A DNA stretch of 64,000 nt from Mobula hypostoma (Eukaryota): the NCBI RefSeq assembly GCF_963921235.1, contig NC_086118.1, forward strand, positions 26,786,001-26,850,000, in the 5' to 3' direction. Position 1 is the first letter of the stretch, and every line of letters begins with the position of its first letter. The notes below the pieces were generated by a model that worked only from the letters and a program-made list of their open reading frames with translations, had not been told where the DNA came from and searched no databases. A program made the translations under genes and the position numbers. Positions 13,701 through 27,900 of this stretch are shown piece by piece.

Positions 13701-16700
13701 GGTAGGCTTATTCGGAAAGTTAGAAGGCATGGGATCCAGGGAAGTTTGGCCAGGTGGATTCAGAATTGGCTTGCCTGCAGAAGGCAGAGGGTGGTGGTGG
13801 AGGGAGTACATTCAGATTGGAAGATTGTGACTAGTGGTGTCCCACAACGATCTGTTCTGGGACCTCTACTTTTCGTGATTTTTATTAACAACCTGGATGT
13901 GGGGGTAGAAGGGTGGGTTGGCAAGTTTGCAGACGACACAAAGGTTGGTGGTGTTGTAGATATTGTACAGGATTATCAAAGATTGCAGAGAGACATGCAG
14001 AATAGGATAGGATGCAGAAGTGGGCTGAGAAGTGGCAGATGGAGTTTAACCCGGAGAAGTGTGAGGTGGTACACTTTGGAAGGACAAACTCCAAGGCAGA
14101 GTACAAAGTAAATGGCAGGATACTTGGTAGTGTGGAGGAGCAGAGGGATCTCGGGGTACATGTCCACTGTTCCCTGAAAGTTGCCTCACAGGTGGATAGG
14201 GTAGTTAAGAAAGCTTATGGGGTGTTAGCTTTCATAAGTCGAGGGATAGAGTTTAAGAGTCGCGATGTAATGATGTAGCTCTATAAAACTCTGGTTAGGC
14301 CACACTTGGAGTACTGTGTCCAGTTCTGGTCACCTCACTATAGGAAGGATGTGGAAGCATTGGAAAGGGTACAGAGGAGATTTACCAGGATGCTGCCTGG
14401 TTTAGAAAGTATGCGTTATGATCAGAGATTAAGGGAGTTAGGGCTTTACTCTTTGGAGAGAAGGAGGATGAGAGGAGACATGATAGAAGTGTACAAGATA
14501 ATAAGAGGAATAGATAGAGTGGATAGCCAGTGCCTCTTCCCCAGGGCACCACTGCTCAATATAAGAGGACATGGCTTTAAGGTAAGGGGTGGGAAATTCA
14601 AGGGGGATATTAGAGGAAGGTTTTTACTCAGAGAGTGGTTGGTGCGTGGAATGCACTGCCTGAGTCAGTGGTGGAGGCAGATACACTAGTGAAGTTTAAG
14701 AGACTACTAGACAGGTATATGGAGGAATCTAAGGTGGGGGCTTATATGGGAGGCAGAGTTTGAGGGTCGGCACAACATTGTGGGCCGAAGGGCCTGTACT
14801 GTGCTGTACTATTCTACGTTCTATGTTCTAACACCCCATAAGCTTTCTTAACTACCCTATCCACCTGTGAGGCAACTTTCAGGGATCTGAGGACATGTAC
14901 CCCGAGATCCCTCTGCTCCTCCACACTACCAAGTATCCTGCCATTTGCTTTGTACTCTGCCTTGGATTTTGTCCTTCCAAAGTGTACCACCTCACACTTT
15001 TCCGGGTTGAACTCCATCTGCCACTTCTCAGCCCACTTCTGCATCCTATCAATGTCTCTCTGCAATCTTCGACAATCCTCTACACTATCTACATCACCAC
15101 CAACGTTTGTGTTGTCTGCAAACTTGCCAACCCACCCTTCTACCCCCACATCCAGGTCGTTAATAAAAATCACGAAAAGTAGAGGTCCCAGAACAGATCC
15201 TTGTGGGACACCACTAGTCACAATCCTCCAATCTGAATGTACTCCCTCCACTATGACCCTCTGCCTTCTGCAGGCAAGCCAATTCTGAATCCACCTGGCC
15301 AAACTTCCCTGGATCCCATGCCTTCTGACTTTCTGAATAAGCCTACCGTGTGGAACCCTGTCAAATGCCTTACTAAAATCCATATAGATCACATCCACTG
15401 CACTACCCTCATCTATATGCCTGGTCACCTCCTCAAAAAACTCTATCAGGCTTGTTAGACATGATCTGCCCTTCACATTCTTCTATCCACATCAATACGT
15501 TATCTCCTGCACCATGTTATTGTTTTATTTTTTTCACAGTAACTTTTAATATATCAGCTGAGTAAGTGCCATTTAAAAATTTTGGTAAAACTCCAGTAAA
15601 TTGATCAGGGTGATTTCCCTTTTACAAAACCAAGTTGAGATTGCCTGACTGCCGTATTTTTTTTCCTAAGTTGTCTGTCATAATGCCTTTAATAACTCTT
15701 TCTAACATTTCCCCTATGATAGATATTAAACTAACTGGTCTGTAGTTTCCCACTTCCTGTCTCCCTCCCTTTTCAAATAAAGTAGTAACATACAATATTT
15801 TCTGTGGATGGAAAATTCCCCAAATCTAGGGAATTTTGTGAAACTAAAACCAAAGAATCTATTATGTCACCAACCACAGCTTTTAGGACCCTTGGATGAA
15901 GTCCAGTATAATCTACAGCTTTGCCTACCTGCAATTTGTTCTGTACCAGTTCCTGCCTATAATTTTCCCAAATTCATCCCTCTCTTCCAAATCCTGATTT
16001 CATGTTGTTTCTGTGGTTACTTTTGTCCCCTATTGTGCAGACTGATGCAAAAATAGTTTTTTCAATTTATCTGTCACAGTTTTGTCTTTCATTACTAATT
16101 GCTCACGTGTATTTTCTATATGATTGATGCTTATTTTGGTAATCCTATTTAAAATATCTATATAATTTATTAATGTCCATTTTTATATTTTCCTTCTTTA
16201 TTGCCCTACGTCACATTCTGCCAATTTTTTAAATTTTCTGTCCAATCTTATCTTCTGCCACTTTCCAATGTAATTATGCATTTCCTTTAAACTTTATATT
16301 GTGCTTAATATTTTTCTCAACTGAAGGATCTCTTAACCTAATTTGTCAGTTCACTCTTGGTAGTGTGGCTTTCATGTCCTCATAATTGCCTATATTTAAG
16401 TTTAAATAGTGATTCACCATACCATCTTTATGTCAAATAGCATAGATTGCATTAGCATTTACACTTCCAATTTACTGATCTGACTGAATAAATTAACCTT
16501 TTCTTGCCATTTACCAAAGAGCACAGTGTGGTCATGAACGGCTAGCTATTAGTAATTAGTTGATAAGTCACAGTTAAAAATACTGGAATACTGTCAAATG
16601 AATGAATCAGTCATTAAACAGAGTTCTGGAGAAAGGTCACTGACTAGAAGCATTAGCTACATGTCTTCCTCCACAGATGCTGTTTAAACCATTGAGCAGT

Positions 16701-18923
16701 TCCAGTTTCCTTCAAGTGGGCATAATTAATTAACAACATAGATAAAATGAGTACAGGGACTGTTCCAATATATCAGACCTTTAAAACATTAAATGTGAGT
16801 TATACAAAGCCATGATGACTTTAGATAGGATAAGCAGAGTAAAGATTAGCAGAAGATTGCATGATTGATTACTTGGCAGTCCACAATAGTAGTTGAAGAG
16901 GAATAAATATAAGGCAAATCAGAGAGTAGCAATGATATGAGAACTCATGGACTGAAAGGGCGATAGAAGCTGGTCAATCATGGCTTTCACAAAAGAACTG
17001 AAGAAGTATGCAAAGGAAAGGAACTTGCAGAGCCACCCACAGGGAACTGATTGGATTGCACTACACTACATGGAACTGATATGGACTCAATTCACTGAAC
17101 GACCCATTTCTGTTTCACAATAAATGTATGATTCTGTGAAAGTACCATAGATGCTTGAACTAAAACCAGAACGCTGCACAAAACAAATATTCAGCAGATT
17201 AGCTAGCAACTTGCAGATCAATAACATTCATCATACCCATCAAAATAGTAGCTCTTCAATGAATATAAATTTGTTCTAAATCAGTGTTTAAAATTATTAC
17301 AATATAGTGTGATTAATTGGTGACTAAACATTTTAACAACTGAATTAAGAAAAGCTTGCATTTGGATGACAATTTTCATTACCTTGGCACATGTCAAATC
17401 TTTGTAGCTCTCAAAATATTTTGAAGTGCAGTTAGTGTTGTAATAGAGGATGCTGGGCAAAAGTAAGCTCCCAAAAACACCAAAGTGGTAATGACAAGAT
17501 GATAAACTTGAGAAAATCTGCAGATGTTGGAAATCCAAAGCAACACACACAAAATGCTGGAGGAACTCAGTAGGCAACATCTATGGGAAAGAGTAAACAG
17601 GAGTCCTGATGAAGGGTGTCTGTCTGAAACTTCCACTGTTTACTCTTTTCCATAGATGCTGCCTGGCCTGATGAGTTCCAATGACAAGATAATCATGTTG
17701 ATGGAATAAATATGGGTAAAGACCCTGGGGAATTTGGATCAGTCTTCTATTTTCACTTGTGATTGCCCAACAGATAATTCAGTAAATAATTACTATTGAT
17801 AAATTAATAATATTAAAAGTGTATTATATTGGTAAATTCCCATTTTCATTCCATATATTTTATGTTAGTCTAGAATAAATGAATTATCCCTACCTTTTAA
17901 ATTTATTCACAAACTTATATTAAAAATAACAATGACATTTTGTTACATCTGCAGCTTTTCTACAGTACTGTCTATTAAAGGATATATGTAGATTGGCAAT
18001 TCTCATAATTACCTGCCATCATCTTGACCTCCAACAGATACCAAATAGAGATCATTTGGGGAAAATGCTAATGCTTCAACTTTGGCTTGGTGAAGAGTCA
18101 TAGTTGCATGAACTGCTTTTTTAAAATAATCGTAGATAAGGATATCAGCCTGGAAAGAAAAGGAATGCCTGGCTTTCAGTCTAGGATATATTAACTAACT
18201 GCCATGTTAAAACTTTATATGGGGCATATTCTACATTTCCCCCTTTAAGTGTCTTTTAAATGATAAGAAAATCTATACTTGAGAGTATTGCCGATTTGCT
18301 CTGAAAAGAGATAAAACAGTCAGGTCAAGGTGCATTTCAGAAAGCAGTGTAATACAGGACTCCGTGTTCTATTTAGTGTTACACACATTAAAGGCAAATA
18401 ATGACTACAGCTAGAAGACTAACCACTCACACTTGCAATCTGGCTGAAACTTACTGGTCTTCCAGTGTAATGAGTACATCCCATGATCCAGGATGACTGA
18501 ACACCGACATTTTGTTCAGCTACTACAAATACAGACATCCCACCCCGCAAAAATTCATTTCAGGGAGGTAGCACAATCAATTTGCAGGAGACTCCCGGAA
18601 CTTCTGGGAGAGGTGGGATGTCTGCAATAGAGTAGCTCCTTTGAAAATAGCCAGCTAGTTTAAATAACGTTAGCTATGCTAATGAACAAATGACACCTGT
18701 TAAACTCACCTCAACATGTCTTTTACAGTCTTAACCCACCATGGGTAATAGAAAAGTCACTGTTGCAAACAGTGCAGTGAGCAACACTGTCATTATTTTT
18801 GACCCCTATTAGGCAGGGGTACACTTTAGGGTAGTCTGGGGTGACGTACATTTTATATTTTCTTTTTTTGAAACACTCTCCCACGGCATTGGCATTTTCT
18901 CTCTTTCTCTCTCTCTCTCCCTC

Positions 18924-18960
<37 letters not shown>

Positions 18961-21900
18961 CTCCCCCCCCCCCCCACTCGCTCACTCTCAAAAAAATTGA
19001 TTTCTGGGACATTGTATATAATTTGCGGGCATCAGGGAGCCACTATTAATATGCGGGAGACTCCAGGAACTTCCGGGAGAGGTGAGATGTCTGCAAATAC
19101 ATTACAGGAAGGCCACAGCTTAAGGCTCTCCTACCTTTATACACTGAGGAATTAGGACATGTGTTAAACCTTTTTGACTTTAAAGAAGACATTTGACCTG
19201 GAAGATATTGATATCATATCAATGTAATGAAAATAGAATGATGAGGCTTACACTAAAAATGACAGCATGGAAGTTCTGCATTATATACATGTGTAGATGT
19301 TTTAAACATATACAGCAAGGAAACAGGCCCATCTTGACCATCTGAGTTGGGTCCATTTGGCCCACATCCCTCTAAACCTTTCCTCTCCATATATTTGCCC
19401 AAGCATCTGCTGAAGGTTTTCAGCCCGAAATGTCAGCTTTTTTCCATAGATGCTGCCTGGCCGCTGAGTTCCTCCAGCATTTGTGTGTGTGTTGCTGTCT
19501 TTTAAATGTTGTATTGTACCTGCCTCAACCATTTCCTCTAGCAGCTCATACCATACATGCCTTAATCTCCATGTAAAGAAGTAGCCCTCAGTAACGTTTT
19601 AAATATAACAACATTAGCTATTCTCCAATCTTTTGGCACCTCACCTGTGGCTAAAGATATTTTAAATAACTCTGCTAGGGCCTCTATAATTTTTGCACAA
19701 GCCTCTCACAGGATCTGAGGAAACACATTATAAGGCCAGGAAGTTTATGCACCCTAAGACAGCAAACATCTCCTTCTCTGTAATCTGTATAGGGTCCATG
19801 ACCTCGTTGCTGCTTTGCCTCATGTCTATAGACTCTGTGTCCATCTCCCGAGTAAATACAGATGCAAAAAAAATCCACTTAAGATCTCACCCATCTCTTC
19901 CAGATTCATGTATAGATTACCACTCTGATCTTCCAAAGGACTAATTTTGTCCCTTTCTATCCTTTTGCTCCAAATGTATCTGTAGAAGCCCTTAGGATTC
20001 TCCTTTACTTTGTATGCAGGAGGAAACTCATGCCTTCTTTTAGTCCTGTCTAAGTGTTCTCTTGCGTTTCTTATATTCTTCGGATACTTCATTTGTTCCT
20101 AAATGTCTTTACCTGCTATGCAGGTCTTTCTTAACAAGGGCCTCACAATCTCTTGAAAACCAAAGTTCCCTAAATCTGACAGAAACATACAAACTCTGTA
20201 CTGTCAAACTTTCACTTCTGAATTCCCACTTACCAATTACACATTTGCCAGAAAACAGCGTGTTGCAATCCACACTTGCCAGATCTTTTCTGATACTATC
20301 AAAATTGGCCATTCTCCAACTGAGAATCTCAGTCCAAGAACCAGACCTATCCTTTCCATAACTGCCTTGAAACTAATAGCATTGTGATCACTAGATGCTA
20401 AGCATTCCCCTACACAGACTTCTGTCGCCTGCCCTGTCTTATTCCCTAATAGGAGATTGCACTCTACAAGAGAAAATCTGCAAATCTGTTAGTGAGGGCT
20501 ACTTCTTTACATGGAGATTAAGGCATGTATGGTATGAGCTGCTAGAGGAAGTGGTTGAGGCAGGTACAATACAACATTTAAAAGACAGCAACACACATAA
20601 AATGCTGGAGGAACTCAGCAGGCCAGGTAGCATCTATGGAAAAAAGTATAGTCGATGTTTTGGGCTGAAAACCTTTTGGGTCATAGCATTTTGTGTGTTG
20701 CTAGTATTGCACTCTCTCTAGTTGGGACTTCTATGTACAGTTTAAGAAAACTTTCCCAAACACTTTTGACAAACTCTTTTCCAACCACCCTTTTTATGTC
20801 TATGGGAGTCCCTGTCAATAGGTGGGAAGTTAAAATCATCTAGTATCACAGCCTTATGGTGCTTGCAACAGTCTGCGATCTCTCTACAAATTTGCTCCTC
20901 TAAATCCCGTGCACTATTGAGTTGTCTATAATATAATCCCATTAATGTGGTCCTACCTTTCTTATTCCTCAGTTCTACCCATACAGTCTCATTAGACGAG
21001 CTCTCCAGCATGTCCTGTCTGAGTACTGTTTTGATATTTTTCCCTGACTAGTCATGCCACCCCTCCCACTCAATCACATATAAAACAATGGAACCCTAGA
21101 ACATTGAGCTGCTAGTCCTACCCCTCCAGCAACCAAGACTCAGTATTGGCTAAAACGTCATCATTCCATGTGCTGATCCATGCTCTAAGCTCATCCACCT
21201 TTCTTATAATACTTGCATTTAAATATACAGAACATTAGTCCCACCCTGATTCTTGACTTTGTATGAACGCTTAGCAACATCTTTCTCCACAACCATTCCA
21301 CTTTCTGTTCTGGCACTATGGTTCCCATCCCCCTGCAACTCTAGTTTAAAACCGCCCCCACTCCCCACTTATGCAGCACCAGCAAACCTTCCTGCTGGGA
21401 TATTAGTCTACCTTCAGTTCAGGTGTAAACTGTCCCTTCTCTACAGGTCTCATCTTCTTTGGAAGAGAGCATAACGATCCAAAAATCTGACACCATCTCC
21501 TTAGCCACGTGTTAAACTACATGATCTTCCTATTTCTGGCCTCACTAGCATATGACATGGGCAGCAATCCTGAGATCACAACCCTGGAGGTCATGTCCTT
21601 TAACTTAGCACGTAACTCCCTGAACTCTCTTTGCAGGACCTCGTCACCCCTCCACTCATACTACTACCAGAGAACTGACCGCTACGGCTTTCCTCTGCTA
21701 GGTCATCCCCCCAACAGTATCCAGAGCACGTTGTATCCAATCTGTTGTTGAGGGGAATGGCCACAGGGGTACTCTGCACTGGCTACCTACCCCCTTTTCC
21801 CCCTCCTCTCACCCAGTTACCTGTGCCTTGCACCTTGGGCATAACTACCTCCCTGTATGTCCTGTCTATCAACCCAACAGCCTCCTGAATGATCTGGAGT

Positions 21901-24900
21901 TCATCCAGTTCCAGCTCCAACTCCTTAACACAGTCAGTTAGAAGCTGCAGCTGGATACACTTCTTGCTGGTGTCCATGTCAAGACACCGCAGGTCTGTCT
22001 TCCCACATCCTGCAAGAGCATTCCACTATCCTGCCTGGCATCCCCACTGCTCTAAATGTGCAGTAAGAAACAAAGAAGGAATACGTAACAAATAAAAACT
22101 ACCTAAGCTCTTTTTATTGGAATTTGCCAAGCACCTGATTATACACAATCCAATGTCTCCTCAGGAACTGTGATGCGCAAAATATGCTGACTGCTCCCGC
22201 TCACTTCTTTTAAACCCTCTCCTTCTATACAATCCAATGTCTCCTGGGGAACTGTCACACACAAAATGTGCCAACTGCCCCATTCGCCTCTTTAAAACTC
22301 CTTCTCTCCCTCTACACAATTTAATGTCTCCTCAGGAATTGTGGTATGGAAAATGTCAATGAAAAATAGACTAAAATGAATGAAAGAAATAGACTAAGAA
22401 ATTTTAGAATATAATAAATAGAAGTAAGACATATGGTTTTTCTGTGCCTGCTTCATTGAGTAAGGGCTGATGTTTACCTCAGCGCATTTATTCGAAAAGG
22501 TCATAAAGGATGAACCAAGTGATAACAGCTGGTGTGTCTATTGTCAGTGATTGGCAATATTTTTAAAAATTCTGATGGACAGAATTAATCTGCATGTGTA
22601 AATGCAGGGATTAATCAAAATAGTATGGCTTTATTAGGGGTGATCATGCCTGTCCAATTTGACTAAAAATTTCCAAAGAGTTAACGGCTATAGCTGGTAT
22701 ACTGTGGGTAGTTTTGGCCAGCACAGTATTGAAATTATGTAATAGTACTGGAGAGGTTTGGAAGGAGTTGTCTAAGGTGCCTGGAGAATTGCTGCAGTTC
22801 CTGTCAATGATAAACTGTCGTTACTGCTCATCAGTGGTGAGTGAGTGAATGGTTGCGGAAGGGGTCCCTGTCAATTGGCTGCTTATTCTGCTTTTTAAAA
22901 ATCATTACAATTTTTTTAAAACACAGCCTTCTATTATTTTCCTCCAAAGTAGATGACCTCATATTATTCCACAAGTGTTTGACATTGACTTGACTCACCT
23001 CTATACCTTTGAAGGCTTATCTTCATCTTGGTATGGTAAATATTAACTTCATGCCAATCACTGATTTTACTTTATGAATAACTGGGTTCCCAGCAGGGAT
23101 CCATGTTGACATAATCTTCCAACCCAAAAAAATGGTCATTAATTCCTACACTTTGTTCTCTGTCCCCTGCCAAATCACAGCAGTTACCAATGCCATAGAT
23201 TTACTCAAAAAGCCAACAGTATTTTAAATGTTATTCTATTTAGAGATATAGCACAGAGTAGGACCTTCCGGTGCTTCGAGCAACATCATCCCTGCAACCC
23301 CAATAACCCCAACTTACTCCAACCTAATCAAGGGACAATTTACAATGATCAATTAACCTACTCTGTACATCTTTGGACTGTGGGAGGAAACCAGAGCACC
23401 CAGGGAAAACCCACATATCCCACGGGAAGGATGTACAGAGACTTCTTATAGACAACGCTGGAACTAAACTCCAAATTCAGTCACCCCAAACTGTAATAAT
23501 GTCATGCTAACCACTAACCGTGATGCCCAAATAAGTTAAGAAGCCTCTAGAAATGTGAGTATGAGTTCAGTTTTGTCATTACACTACAAGTTGTCAAATA
23601 TAAGTAAAGTATTTCTCCTACCTTACTTTGACTTTAGAAACGATTATCATTTGAATGTCATAGTGGAAGAAGTTTGCTTGAAGCACATGTAAGTATAGTT
23701 TCAATGCCATGCTCTTTTGTTAGAGCAAGATTGAACCCAAGTGTGATAATCAATAATTATTTAGTTTAACAGGCCAAATGTTAAAGATGTGCCTACAGAT
23801 TTAGCAGATTAACAAATGTATTTCTTGATCATGTGGCAAGGCCATTTGCAGCTGATAATTAAGTATTCCATTTAATTAAAAGAAAATTATTATGTCTCCT
23901 TCTGAACTCCTTTGTATTACTCCCATCCTGTGCATCCATTATAGCGTTTGCCTGCAAACCTTCTTAGGTAGCTGTTTTGATGCTCATGTGTGAGGTTTAG
24001 AAATGGAAAGAACTAAACACTTGCACTCAGTCTCCAATGATATTGATTAAAATGTAACAAGAGATATGCATGAAAAGTGAGAAAAGTGTATGAGTAATGG
24101 AGAATAACATACATTATTGTACAATCCTTTAATATTGATTTACTAAGTGTTATTTTGTAATAATGCAAAAGTCTTTTTTGCAAGGACTTACTGAGACAAA
24201 ATTGAATCAGGATCTTCAGACTGCTGCTTAGGAAAGAGAAAGTCCATTTTAAATTAAGCAGCTTTCTAAAATCATTAATAGTTCTAGTAAAGCTATACTG
24301 TAACGGTAAAACTGACATTACTAATACACTACTGTGGCTAAAAAGATCCTGCGAGTGTGTTAGTGACTTGTGAATGAGAATGCTGGAAGGGGTGGAAACT
24401 CATTAAAAATCATGGATGCTGTAAATCTGAAATAATATCAGAAAATGCTGGAACAGTCATAGGGATGGGCAGCGTCTATGGAAAGGGACACAGTTAAAAT
24501 TTGAGCTCCAAGGTCTTTCATCATAAATTCCTGACCTGCTGAGCTTTTCTCATCAACTTGTGTTGAAATGATTAACTTTTCACTTCGGGAGGAGAGCATG
24601 AGTGATATCTCTAGTACAGCACTGTACAGCTATAAATGATATATGGCATCTGTAGCTGGGACCTACAATGATCCTCACCTGGGAAATTGAGATCAGCCAT
24701 GACTGACTGTGAAAAAAGACTGTGTACATGTGTAAACTTGTATTTGAGATCATGTAAAGCTACAGATATCAGTGGAGATACCCTACAGCCTGCATAGAAA
24801 ACAGTAAATTCTCAGAAGAAATCACATTAGGACTATAGCTCCATGATAAACCCTAAGGGCATTAATCGTTGGTGATGAACCCTGTAATTCCTCCTGTGAA

Positions 24901-27900
24901 ATGAAACCTGAGAATGTCAGTGATGCCATGGAGGTGTCTGTAAAATGGCAAATCTAGACAAATCCAACCGTTGGTCAGGTTTGCTGGAAAAGAGTTATTT
25001 CCCATACTCCCTTCAAACTTATACTCCTTATCCCTACTCCCTTTAAACTTACCGAGATTACAGAAAAAAAAACCTAGAAGAAGTGAATTAAAAGTGTATT
25101 GAAGTATAAACTGGAATACTATTCAATAGTTCAGAAAATCTTTTGGTCTTAGCTTTGTGGGCCGATGGGCCTGTATTGTGCGGCAGGTTTTCTATGTTTT
25201 CAATGTTTCTGTCACTAAAATCATGAGCATAGAAGATAATGGGAGTTTTAGGAATCTGTGAAATGAACTATGCACATCAAACAAAAGCAGTAGTGTGTTT
25301 CTAAACATATATATCACATCTGATTAATAGATAACAACTTACTGTATGTTAGTAAGTCATATCTGGATTCCACAATTTATTTTATGTTTTACTCCTGTAT
25401 CCCCATGCACACTTCCCCGATCACAGCAAACATCTCCCCAACAATGCCATTCATTGAAATATTGAATAAAAAAACAACACTTCAAACATAACAGAAGTAC
25501 ATAGTTCCTTCAATATATATACTGTACAAGATATGGTCAACGGAGGCGGAGGAGCATTTACAGGGTTGCTTTGAATCAATGGACTGCACCATGTTCAGGA
25601 ATTCATCTTCAGATCTGAATGAATGTCACAGCATTCACCAACTTCATCAAGACCTGCATGGATGAATCTGTGTCCTGGAGAAAAAAAAAGTTTTCTCAAA
25701 CTAGAAAGCCTGGATGAACCAGGAGAGTCACATTTTGCCGAGGACTGGATCTGTGGCACTCAAGGCCAGTGAGCAGAATCCAACAAGTCCTCCGGGTACA
25801 ACCTACAGAAGGCCATCATGACAGTGAAAAGGCAACTCTGTGTGAAACTAGAGATATAATCAGATACCCAACAGCTATGGCAGGATTTGCATGCCATTTT
25901 TACTTCCTATAAGGCGAAACCTAACAGTATAAATGGCAGTGATGCTTCATTCTCTGATAACCTGAATGCTTGTTGTGCATGCTTTGAAAGGGACAATAAC
26001 ACTAGATCTGTGCAAATCACCGTGATCTCCATCTTGGAGACCAATTATTAGAACATCCTTCAAGATGGTGAAGCTCCACAAGACATTGGGTCCCAATGGT
26101 ACTTAAAGCCTGTGCCACCAACTGGCTGAAGTGTTCAAGGATATCTTCAACCTCTCACTAAAGTCTGAGGTTCTCACTTGCTTCAAAAGAGCGGTAATTG
26201 TACTGATGCCCAAGAAGATCAGGGTGAGCTGACTCAACAACTATTGCCCAGTGGCACTCAGTTACTGTGATGAAGTGATTTGAAAGGTTGATTATGGCTA
26301 GAATTAACTATTGTCTGAAGCATGGACCAGGATCCACTACAATTTGCCTATAGCCAATACCAATCTACAGTAGATGCAATCTTACTGGCGCTCCACTCTG
26401 CTTTGGAGCAACCAGATAACAGCAAAACATACTGTATGTTAGATAGTTGTATATTGATTACAGATCACCATTCAATACCATCATCCCCTCATTATTAATT
26501 AACAAGCTTCTAGACCTGGGCCTCCATACTTCTGTTGGCAACTGGATCCTCATTTTCCTTATCAGACCAAATTCAGTGCAGATCAGTAAGAGTATCTCTC
26601 CATTACTGACAATCAACACGGGCTCAACTCAAAGATGTGTGCTTAGCACACCACTCTGCTCTCTTTACACATGACCATGCTGCTAAGCACATCTCAAATA
26701 CCATCTATAAATTTGCAGTTCGCAACACTGTTGTTGGTAAAATCTCAGACAGCAACAACAGGTTTATAACAGTGAGACAGATTAGCTGGTCAAGTGGTGT
26801 TGCAATTACAACCTTGCACTCAACATCAGCAAGACCAAGGAATTAATTGTGGACTTCATGAAGGGAATTTTGGAGAACACACATCAATCCTTATTGAGGG
26901 GTCAGTGGTGGAAAGACTGAGCAGCTTCAAGTTCCTGGACGTTAACATCTCAGAGGTTCTATCTTGGGTCCAACATATTGACGTAATCATAAAAAAAGGC
27001 ATACCAATGGCTCCAAGTTATTAGGAGTTTGAGGAGATTTGGTATGAGTCAGAATCAGGATTAATATCACTGACATATGATGTGAAATTTGTTGTTTTGC
27101 AGTAGTAGTACAGTGCAATACATCAAAAATACATTAAATATATTTATATGAAAAATAAATTAAATAAATAAATCATGCAAAAGAGAGCAAAAATAATGGG
27201 ACAGTATTCATGGGTTGGTTCATTGTCTGTTCAGAAATATATCACAACTACTAGAAATATATACAGGTGTCCCCCACTTTTCGAACGTTCGCTCTACGAA
27301 ACCTCACCGTTACAAAAGACCTACATTAGTACCCTGTTTTCGCTTTCAGAAGGTGTTTTCACTGTTCCCAAAAAAACTCAGCAAGCGAAAAAAATCAGCA
27401 CGGGATAAAAAGCAGCGCGCACCCCGAGCAGCCGCTCTACCCGGATACGGAACGGCATTCTCGCCAGCATTGCTTTAACACGAGCCTGTGAGCAGTCGTT
27501 TGCAAGATGAGTTCTAAGGTATCGGAAAAGCCTGAAAGAGCTCGTAAGTGCGTTACACTTAGCGTAAAACTAGACATAATTAAGCGTTTCGATCGTGGTG
27601 AACGAAGCAAGGACAAAATGAGTTTGGCTTGTGGAAGCTGACGAAGATGATGTTGAAGAGGTTTTGGCATCCCATGACCAAGAACTGATAGATGAAGAGC
27701 TGATGCAATTGGAAGAGGAAAGGATAACAATCCAAACCGAATGAGTAATGATAAAGTACGACTTTAATTTTGAAAGGGTATGTAGGTTTAGGGGATATTT
27801 GCAAGATTCTTTGAGTCCTTACAAAGAACTGTGTGATAGAAAAATGCGCGAGGCTCAGCAGTGAAGCAAGCCTTCCACATCAGCCACAGCAGACGACGAA

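Noticed and set aside
12845..13811. Repeated antisense ORFs, also at 51582-52722
   Set aside because: Shadow frames of CR1 ORF2 that recur only because the element is duplicated.
12456..14111. 551-aa and 419-aa (51432-52691) RT ORFs as functional or domesticated genes
   Set aside because: They are segments of 5'-truncated CR1 ORF2 copies with frameshifts and stops.
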